A stretch of 53,791 nt of DNA, taken from the NCBI GenBank assembly GCA_035906295.1, contig JAMIFL010000159.1, positions 1 to 53,791 on the forward strand. The letters run 5' to 3'. The first letter of the stretch is position 1. Every line of letters starts with the position of its first letter. Below, one piece after another: positions 1 to 8,146 of the stretch. The translations under genes and the position numbers were made by a program. The DNA is from Alphaproteobacteria bacterium. Lineage in GTDB: Bacteria > Pseudomonadota > Alphaproteobacteria > Micavibrionales > UBA1664. Below the pieces are notes generated by a model that was given only the letters and a program-made list of their open reading frames with translations, was not told the DNA's origin and did not search any database.

Positions 1-760
1 TGCTCAGGTCGATGGTGATGACCGCGTTGCCGATGGCCGTTGCCGGGTCCAGCGCGATGCTGCCGTCGAAATTCTTGAATTCGCCCTTGAACGGCGCACC
101 TTCCTGCGTCGCCTCGAACGTCAGGCGGCTCTGCGTCCGGTCGATGGTCCACACCTTCGCCTTCGCGTCTTCCGCCAGCGCCGGGAACGCCATCAGCAGC
201 AAAACCGCCGCCGACGTAAACGGCAGCATGCGGCGCAGCGTGTTGTCGCGGTCGATGATGGCGTGCTTCAGCGCCCCCGCCACATGCAGCCCCAGGAACG
301 CCCAGATGCCCCATGCGATGTATTCATGCACCTCGCTCGCAAGCCCGCGCAGTGCCTGGTTAGGCTCCACGATGGCCGGCACCGGGAAGAACCCGAACCA
401 GTTGATGGTCGACGAAGCAGCACTGGTCAAAATCCACCCCGAAAGCGGCATGGCGATAAGCAGCGCATAAAACCCCCAATGCACGAATTCCGCCGCCACC
501 CGTTCATGCCAAGGGTGTGTCGGATTCGGCGCGGGCCTGTGCCAGTTCAAAAGCTTCCACCCCAGCCGCGCCACCATCAAAAACAGGATGGTGATGCCCA
601 GCGATTTATGGATGCCGTACACCCAGAACCGGTCCGCCATGTTGGGAATATCGCCCATGACAAGCCCCATCACGAGCATCATGAGCACGAACAGGGCAAT
701 CACCCAGTGCAGCGTTTTATGGACGGCGCCATACTGCGCCTGGGTGTTGCGCCAGTTCAT
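1..760 (-). CDS. cytochrome b561 family protein with a C-terminal YceI-like domain (3' end runs off the left edge)
   Basis: Absent from the ORF track because it has no stop in the window. My reverse-complement translation from the ATG at 760..758 gives MNWRNTQAQYGAVHKTLHWVIALFVLMML...LGLHVAGALKHAIIDRDNTLRRMLP. This is colinear with E. coli CybB-type cytochrome b561 (His-bearing TM helices, DNTLxRMxP tail). It continues into AEDAKAKVWTIDRTQSRLTFEATQEGAPFKGEFKNFDG, a YceI-like pattern. The start lies 1 nt after the stop of the upstream YceI gene. Confidence 0.75.
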   Translation of the reverse strand, partial: MNWRNTQAQYGAVHKTLHWVIALFVLMMLVMGLVMGDIPNMADRFWVYGIHKSLGITILFLMVARLGWKLLNWHRPAPNPTHPWHERVAAEFVHWGFYALLIAMPLSGWILTSAASSTINWFGFFPVPAIVEPNQALRGLASEVHEYIAWGIWAFLGLHVAGALKHAIIDRDNTLRRMLPFTSAAVLLLMAFPALAEDAKAKVWTIDRTQSRLTFEATQEGAPFKGEFKNFDGSIALDPATAIGNAVITIDLS

Positions 761-761
761 C

Positions 762-1367
762 TTACTTGGCCGCCGCGGCGTCCTGCGCCGGCGCTTCCAC
801 GGTGATCTGGATTTTCACCTCGTCCGAAACCATCGGAATGGCCTTCGTCATGCCGAAATCCGAACGCTTCAGCGTACCCACCGCGTCGAAACCGCAGGTC
901 AGCTTCTTGCTCATCGGGTGCTCGCCGCATTTGTTCAGCGTCACGTCCAGCGTCACCGGCTTGGTCTGGCCCAGCAGGGTCAGGTCGCCGGTCATCTTGG
1001 CGGTCTTGTCGCCGGTCACGTCGACCTTGGTGCTTTTGAACGTCATGGTCGGGAAAGCGGCGGTGTTGAACATATCCGGCGCTTTCAGGTGCTCTTCCCA
1101 CGTCGCGTCGTCCATGTTCAGGGAATTGGTGTCGATGGTGACATTCGCCTCGCCGCCCGCTTTCGGGTTTTCCGGGTCGAAGGTGAAGGTCCCGTCAAAG
1201 CCCAGGAACTTGCCCGAGGAATGCGAGAAACCCATATGCTCCACGAAGAACAGCACCTGCGTGTGCAGCTTGTCCGACAGCGTGAACGTGGTCGGCGCGG
1301 CCATGGCGGGCGCTGCGAAGGCGGACATCATGGCGGCGGTAAGCAGAAAACGGCGAAGCATCAGCAA
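762..1367 (-). CDS. YceI family periplasmic protein
   Basis: 201-aa ORF with a signal peptide (MLMLRRFLLTAAMMSAFAAPAMA). It shows the YceI pattern (FTLSDKLHTQVLFFVEHMGFSHSSGKF...DVTGDLTLLGQTKPVTLDV...GTLKRSDFGM). It is tightly coupled to the cytochrome b561 gene, the classic yceI-yceJ arrangement. Confidence 0.9.
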   Translation of the reverse strand: MLMLRRFLLTAAMMSAFAAPAMAAPTTFTLSDKLHTQVLFFVEHMGFSHSSGKFLGFDGTFTFDPENPKAGGEANVTIDTNSLNMDDATWEEHLKAPDMFNTAAFPTMTFKSTKVDVTGDKTAKMTGDLTLLGQTKPVTLDVTLNKCGEHPMSKKLTCGFDAVGTLKRSDFGMTKAIPMVSDEVKIQITVEAPAQDAAAAK

Positions 1368-1535
1368 AATCCCTTTTTTGTAAATTGACTTAGCTCAATT
1401 TAGACAAGGGATGTGACCATGCAAGGGCGGCCTTTAAAATAAAATGTCGCGCACTATGACTCCGGAAAATAAAAGCCAGTCACATTCATATGACCTTTTT
1501 CATTCCTGCGGTCTTGAGGCCGTCCAGATAAAGAA

Positions 1536-1561
1536 AATAAAAAAAGCGGCCCGAAGGCCGC
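1536..1561 (-). terminator. rho-independent terminator downstream of guaB
   Basis: Read on the minus strand: GCGGCC-TTCG-GGCCGC followed by a run of T (plus-strand A-run 1537-1545). It lies 12 nt after the guaB stop. Confidence 0.75.
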
Positions 1562-1572
1562 TTTAATTTCAA

Positions 1573-3108
<1,536 letters not shown>

Positions 3109-3176
3109 CTATGCCCCCGACGCCCGGTATGGCAAGGGGTTTCTGGTAAGGCGCCGGTTTATGCTAGGCTGCATCC

Positions 3177-3986
3177 ATGCTCCTGAACGAAATTCCCGGC
3201 ATGAACGGCATAAAAACAGGCCGTTTCGTGCTGAAACCCGAAAGCCTCAGCGACCATCTGACGCGCTCCTGCCGCATGGTCGTTAGCGAAGGCGTGTCCG
3301 GAATCCTGCCCATCGGGCGCACCGGCAGCGCCACCCTCGTCCGCTGCGAGGGGCATGACTGCGTCTTCATGACCCGCCATCAACTGGATTTAAAACCCCA
3401 CGAACCCCCTGACGAAGCCATCCTCAACACCATCCGCGTCAGCAGCGGGCAGGACCGGCTGCGCAACATCCCTTTGCGCAACTGCGTTTTTCACACCTCC
3501 GATACGGATGAGCAGTTCGCCGACATCCTCGCCTTCCGCGCCGCCGAAACATGGCAGACCCAAACCGCCGACCTGCCTTACTTCTTCCCGCTGGCCCGGT
3601 TTCATAAAGGCCCGCGCGTCCTGTCCTTCATGGTGGGGTATCCCACGGCCAGCAACTCGCTGGATGAATATCATGAAACGTTTTATGAAACGCTCGAAGT
3701 CGGCGGCGTCGGCAAAATCCCCATGACCCGCGCCATCCGCGACTGCGTGATAGACCCCGCCTACACCTCCCACGCCCGCAATGTCCGCCGCTACACCCTC
3801 AACCGCCCCGCCGGCGACCTTGATGGCTACAGCGGCGGCGCCGTCTTCTCCCTCATCGGCACGCTCGGCACCCACGAAATCGTGCTGGACGGCATCATCG
3901 CCATGGCGAAGGACGATCAGGTCTACATCGTCGATGCCGACGCGCTGACCGATATGCTGGAAGGCCAGTGGCCTGCACCCGCGTAG
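3177..3986 (+). CDS. hypothetical protein with trypsin-like serine peptidase triad motifs
   Basis: 269-aa ORF with good GC3 bias. It has ordered motifs resembling an S1/Trypsin_2 triad: FMTRHQL (His), ADILAFR (Asp, cf. DIALLR) and GYSGGAVF (Ser, cf. GDSGGP). No signal peptide is seen. Confidence 0.55.
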   Translation: MLLNEIPGMNGIKTGRFVLKPESLSDHLTRSCRMVVSEGVSGILPIGRTGSATLVRCEGHDCVFMTRHQLDLKPHEPPDEAILNTIRVSSGQDRLRNIPLRNCVFHTSDTDEQFADILAFRAAETWQTQTADLPYFFPLARFHKGPRVLSFMVGYPTASNSLDEYHETFYETLEVGGVGKIPMTRAIRDCVIDPAYTSHARNVRRYTLNRPAGDLDGYSGGAVFSLIGTLGTHEIVLDGIIAMAKDDQVYIVDADALTDMLEGQWPAPA

Positions 3987-4062
3987 CGGGCTTGGAACGG
4001 TTACCCGCGTAGCGGGCTTGGAACGGTTACCCGCATAGCGGGCTTTGGAACGTTTACCCGCC
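3977..4062. repeat. tandem 26-bp hairpin-containing repeat, about 3.3 copies
   Basis: acccgcgtagcgggcttggaacggtt occurs at 3977-4002 and again, identical, at 4003-4028. A degenerate copy lies at 4029-4055 and a partial copy at 4056-4062. Each unit contains the small palindrome CCCGC-rTA-GCGGG. The first unit contains the stop codon of the 3177..3986 ORF. Confidence 0.9.
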
Positions 4063-4173
4063 AAACATCTGCCCGGCCTTAAAACGCCCTGCCATCGCCT
4101 GTACCGCCCAAAATCGCCGCATGAATAAAAGATTGCCGCTGGCTTCAGCCCCAAAACCTTCTAAATTAAAACC

Positions 4174-4566
4174 ATGCGCCTCATATTGACCCTGTGTGCC
4201 GTCTCCATCGCCCTCGCAACCGCCATTCCGGCGGCTCAGGCGGGCTGCACCATGCGCAATATCGGCACTACCCTCAAAACCCGCTGTGACGACGGCTCGT
4301 CCTACACCATCCGCAAATACGGCGGCAAAACCAAGTTCTCCGGCGATGAAAAAGGCGAAGCGCGTCAGGTCGCCATGGATAATTACCGCTATTCCGGCGC
4401 CTATGAAGGCGAAGTCTATCCCTATAATCACGATGCCCACCCCTACATCATCGATGGCCGCCACTATCAGGAAAACGAAGGCGGCGCCGCCCGCGCGCTG
4501 GGCCGCATCACCGGCTCCGTCATCCGTGACGACAAACCCCGCACCACCATCATCCTGCGCGATTAA
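4174..4566 (+). CDS. small secreted protein of unknown function
   Basis: 130-aa ORF with high GC3. It has an N-terminal signal peptide MRLILTLCAVSIALATAIPAAQA|GC, cleaved by signal peptidase I or possibly lipidated at the Cys. I recognise no family. Confidence 0.6.
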   Translation: MRLILTLCAVSIALATAIPAAQAGCTMRNIGTTLKTRCDDGSSYTIRKYGGKTKFSGDEKGEARQVAMDNYRYSGAYEGEVYPYNHDAHPYIIDGRHYQENEGGAARALGRITGSVIRDDKPRTTIILRD

Positions 4567-4569
4567 GGC

Positions 4570-5568
4570 TTAAGGGTTCAGCGCCCGCACGGCAGGCCTG
4601 TTTCCGGCCTGTTTTTTCTGCACGGCTTTTTTCCGCACGGCCCATTCCACCAGTTGGCGTTCTTTCGGCATCTTTTCGCCGCGCATCAGCGCCGCGAATT
4701 TCTCATGCACGGCATGGCTGTGCCGTTCCATCATCTCCGCCCGGTAAAACCGGAATTTCTGTTCCCGGCTCAAAGGCTCGAAAAACGTCGTCCCGCCCAT
4801 GCCTTCGAAGAAACGCCGGTACGCACCCTCCGCTTCGTGCAGGTCCTGTTGCTGCTTGTGCACGTTCTCATGCACCGCGATGCTCACCGCCCATGCACTG
4901 TCGCGCAACCCGTCCGCGTCCTCGTGCACGTTGATGCCGATAATGTTCTCAAGCCCCGGCTGCGTGCCGAAAGCCCCGCTTTGCTGCGCGAAAAACCCGG
5001 CGGGGTAAATGCCTTCCGGCTCCGCCTGTTCATGCGCCTGCCGCGAAAGGCTGAAAGTCTGGATGGAATACGCAGGCTCGAACCCGAAAATCGCGGCCTG
5101 GTTGCGCACCACATGCGTCAGCACCTCGATTTTGCGTTCCACGCTTGACCGGCCCCACCCCGCCATGGCGCGCGCATATCCCGGGTCGTCCTGCAAATGC
5201 CGGTACAGCGCCAGCAGCCTTTCCTCTTCCAGCGCCTCGATATGCTCGTAATGCCGCGCCCGCAGCAGCAGCTTCACCGCAAGGTCCACCGCTATGTCCG
5301 TCTGGTCCGGGTAACGCTGCGCAAACCGCTTCAGTTCGTAAACCGCGTCGCTGCGCGCGTCTGCGGGTGCATGGTCGAATTCGCCCGCGTTCACCCGCAG
5401 CTTCATCCGCGCGGGCAAAGATGCCGATGGCGCCTCCAGTGCCTGAAGCGTGAACGTCTTCGGCCCCGATTGCACCAGCTTCCACGCTTCCCTGCAAAGC
5501 CCGCGGTCCTCCGTATACCCCTTGGGCAGCCGGATGACGACGGGTTGGTGCGGTGTGTCTGAAGTCAT
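4570..5568 (-). CDS. hypothetical protein with an HExxH motif
   Basis: 332-aa ORF of diverse composition. It contains a single HExxH (SIAVHENVHKQQQ) in the C-terminal third. No signal peptide, and I recognise no family. Confidence 0.6.
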   Translation of the reverse strand: MTSDTPHQPVVIRLPKGYTEDRGLCREAWKLVQSGPKTFTLQALEAPSASLPARMKLRVNAGEFDHAPADARSDAVYELKRFAQRYPDQTDIAVDLAVKLLLRARHYEHIEALEEERLLALYRHLQDDPGYARAMAGWGRSSVERKIEVLTHVVRNQAAIFGFEPAYSIQTFSLSRQAHEQAEPEGIYPAGFFAQQSGAFGTQPGLENIIGINVHEDADGLRDSAWAVSIAVHENVHKQQQDLHEAEGAYRRFFEGMGGTTFFEPLSREQKFRFYRAEMMERHSHAVHEKFAALMRGEKMPKERQLVEWAVRKKAVQKKQAGNRPAVRALNP

Positions 5569-5800
5569 CCGTCCTTTTAACGAACATTAGCCATAACCAC
5601 AAATTTCGAAAATGCATTTATAGGAATATAATCCCATTATTATACCTCCCGTACCCATCCATTTGAAAAACAGCTCCCCGCAAAGCCTTACGGCCTTTGG
5701 GTTTGCAGAGAACTTAAACCAAAACCAACTATTTTAGTTAACTAAATCAAATATTTAGCGCCAAAATAGTTCTTGCATAGGAAAATTTTGTAGGTAAAAG

Positions 5801-5832
5801 AAAAAGGTCGCTCTTCAGAAGCGACCTTTTTC
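5801..5832. terminator. bidirectional terminator-like hairpin inside the IS-like element
   Basis: An A-run, then AGGTCGCT (5805-5812), a 7-nt loop, AGCGACCT (5820-5827) and a T-run (5828-5832). Confidence 0.55.
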
Positions 5833-5892
5833 TAACACTAACCCGCGTGTACGCGAAGGTAGGTGGTACATGACAACATGAGCCAATTAAGG

Positions 5893-5924
5893 CCCGTCAG
5901 GCTATAAACCTGACGGGTTCTTTT
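5893..5924 (+). terminator. terminator-like hairpin inside the IS-like element
   Basis: CCCGTCAGG (5893-5901), a 7-nt loop, CCTGACGGG (5909-5917), then TTCTTTT. Confidence 0.55.
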
Positions 5925-6152
5925 ATACCAAAACAGCGATTCGTTCGTCAACCGTCTTGTACTTCGTTTTGAAGAATAATATCGTATTTTTAGCACGGCC
6001 TAATGCCGTGTTGGGGCTTCGAAACCTCTGAATCCATAGACCTCGCCTACGGCGGGGAGGCGTTAGCTATACAAGAACCTTCGGGTAAAGGCTGGCGCGA
6101 ACCTTCCTATGGAATCGGTTTTTCGAACTCCCCGCCACCAGCGGAGTTCGAT

Positions 6153-6557
6153 ATGAAATCAGCTTTATTTGCTTCCCTGATTTTTCTTAGCGCATGTGCA
6201 ATACCGCCGCACCCAACACTGGCTATCAGCAACGAAGACCGTCAAATTGCTCAGGACATTTGTGTTCAAGAAGGAAGAAAGCTCGGAACACCAGAGTTTG
6301 ATAATTGCTATCGGGAAACACTAAATCTTGTTCCCCAGCCATCAACAGGATTACAGCAATTTTCCCAATCCATGCGGGAATTAGCTGCCCAGCAACAAGC
6401 ACAACAACAGCAACAACAAATGCTAGAACTCTATGCCAACCGACCCGAAATGGCAGCTTGCATGTATCAAGGCCAATGCGGAGCGTATGCCCAGCCACAA
6501 AGAACGCATACAGAGTGCCGATACGTTTTTAAAAAGCTGGTCTGTGATAGCTATTAA
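6153..6557 (+). CDS. putative lipoprotein with a poly-Gln tract (passenger gene)
   Basis: I use the internal start of ORF 6003..6557. The ATG at 6153 is preceded by GCGGAG and gives MKSALFASLIFLSAC, with lipobox L-S-A-C. It is Cys-rich and contains AAQQQAQQQQQQ. GC is lower than in host genes. Confidence 0.5.
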   Translation: MKSALFASLIFLSACAIPPHPTLAISNEDRQIAQDICVQEGRKLGTPEFDNCYRETLNLVPQPSTGLQQFSQSMRELAAQQQAQQQQQQMLELYANRPEMAACMYQGQCGAYAQPQRTHTECRYVFKKLVCDSY

Positions 6558-6715
6558 CGGACTAGTTTTTCAATAGCGCGTTCAAATGTCTCGCCAGTTT
6601 CGTCAACTTCAACCTTACGGGCATACTCGATAAACCGTTCCTTTTGAGTAAGGCCCGGTTTTACTTTTTTCGATGATTTTTTCTTCTTAACCACGCGCCT
6701 CCGCAGTTGTTTCAT
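6554..6715 (-). CDS. small basic/acidic ORF overlapping the 3' end of the transposase gene
   Basis: Absent from the ORF track (53 aa). The ATG at 6715..6713 lies in the +1 frame relative to the transposase. It gives MKQLRRRVVKKKKSSKKVKPGLTQKERFIEYARKVEVDETGETFERAIEKLVR, with its stop at 6554-6556. The ERFIE..A......DE....FE.A..K pattern recalls small proteins I have seen on alphaproteobacterial mobile DNA. That is memory only. Confidence 0.35.
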   Translation of the reverse strand: MKQLRRRVVKKKKSSKKVKPGLTQKERFIEYARKVEVDETGETFERAIEKLVR

Positions 6716-7643
6716 AGGTCAGGCGTTTGCCCATGACACAAGCCAACAGCATTTCAGCACGCTGTACATCGTTATAGCCCAGTTTTTCGCGGTGATTGTA
6801 GCGGAAATCGTATTCAGACAGATAGCGGTGCAAGTGCTTTTCATCGCAGTGCTGATAGATGCCCTTCATGCCGCGCTTGAAAATGCTGAAGAAACCTTCC
6901 GCGCTGTTGGTATTGACAAGACCGCGGACATATTCTCCAGAGGCATGGTGGACGGTGTGGTGTTCTGCGACGTGGCCTTCAGCGCCAATGTATAGGCGGC
7001 TCTCGTCGGTATGCAAATGACTTTCACGGGCTACGTTCTCAACAACGATACGAGCAACAGTTTGCTTGTTGGCGCTCTTCACATGGAAAGACCGGGCTTT
7101 TCCGCCGCGTTCAACCAGAGACACAATGGCGCGTTTGTTTGCAGGACCGCGGTTACCAGTTTTATAGGGCAAGCCATCGAAAACACGAGTGGTACGGGGA
7201 TTAGCCACTTTTCCATGATAGGTTTCGTCCGCTTCGACGATTTTACCGTCACCGCCTAACGGACCCAGGGCGCCATCCTTCATGGCTTCGCGGATTCGGT
7301 GGGACAGGAACCAAGCGGATTTGAGAGTGATGCCCAAAGTACGGTGCAACTGGTTAGCAGACACACCTTTCTTAGATGATGAAATCAGGAAAATAGCCTG
7401 CAACCAGATATGCATTTTGATATGGCTGCTTTCAAAAATGGTGCCCACTTTCACCGTAAACGGCTTACGGCATTGATAGCACTTATGAACGCCAATGCGG
7501 GTGCTTTCGCCTTCCAGCTTGCCGATACGGTCAAATCCTCCGCAGTGAGGGCAGACTGGTCCATTCGCCCAGATGCGAGCCTCAACAAACCGATAAGCGG
7601 CCTTTTCGTTGTGGAAGTGTGCAGCTGAAAGTATGTTTTTCAT
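6687..7643 (-). CDS. IS1595 family (ISXO2-like) transposase
   Basis: 318-aa ORF. It has an N-terminal zinc ribbon (CPHCGG...KCYQCRKPFTVKVGTIFESSHI), an HTH region (LHRTLGITLKSAWFLSHRIREAM) and a DDE region beginning IVEADETYHGK. Confidence 0.9.
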   Translation of the reverse strand: MKNILSAAHFHNEKAAYRFVEARIWANGPVCPHCGGFDRIGKLEGESTRIGVHKCYQCRKPFTVKVGTIFESSHIKMHIWLQAIFLISSSKKGVSANQLHRTLGITLKSAWFLSHRIREAMKDGALGPLGGDGKIVEADETYHGKVANPRTTRVFDGLPYKTGNRGPANKRAIVSLVERGGKARSFHVKSANKQTVARIVVENVARESHLHTDESRLYIGAEGHVAEHHTVHHASGEYVRGLVNTNSAEGFFSIFKRGMKGIYQHCDEKHLHRYLSEYDFRYNHREKLGYNDVQRAEMLLACVMGKRLTYETTAEARG

Positions 7644-8146
7644 GGTTTTCTCCTATGAAACCAACCCTAAAATCCACATTGGGGTACGTCAAGTATAATA
7701 ATGGGAATATAATCATAAATCATGCTATGCTTCCCCATGCCTCACCCAACCCCCGCCATCACCCCCGCAAATTTTCTGCAAAACGAACTGAGCAGCCCGA
7801 AAAAACGCACCCTTTCAAGGCCATGGCCCCTCAAACGCCGTCTGGCGCAGGCCCGCCGCTGCCGCCTGTCGCGCCCATGGCGGCATGCCACCGGCCCCCG
7901 CACGGCAACCGGCAAATCCCGCGCCGCGCAAAACGCGTACACCACCGGCGTACACCATGCGCAAACCCGCATGGAGCGGCGCGAAATCGCCTTCTTCTTC
8001 CGCTGGCACACCCGCTTCCTGCGTGATGTCCGCGCCGCCCGCCCGCTGGCCCCGCATCACATCCGCATGCATGCCGCCTTCCGGCATTTCGTAACCGCGC
8101 TTATGGATTTGCAACCCGGCGCGAAGCCCGTAGAATCGGCGGCACC

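Larger units (their letters stand above)
5632..7706. mobile_element. IS1595-family element with passenger sequence, bounded by imperfect ~25-bp inverted repeats
   Basis: Left end is tcccattattatacctcccgtaccc (5632-5656). The reverse complement of the right end (7682-7706) is tcccattattatacttgacgtaccc, matching at 22 of 25 positions. ATATAA directly flanks both ends (5626-5631 and 7707-7712). The interior is visibly AT-rich compared with its flanks. It contains the transposase gene at the right end. Confidence 0.5.

Noticed and set aside
588-1388. Plus-strand ORFs 588..1388 and 766..1383
   Set aside because: They are antisense to the YceI and cytochrome b561 genes, both of which have clear family signatures.
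3977-4062. Possible CRISPR array
   Set aside because: The units abut each other with no spacers. There are only about 3 copies of 26 bp, and no cas genes are nearby. It is a plain tandem repeat.
6003-6152. N-terminal 50 codons of ORF 6003..6557
   Set aside because: There is no RBS at 6003. The extension would precede, and so bury, a well-formed lipoprotein signal peptide that starts at the ATG at 6153, which does have an upstream GGAG.
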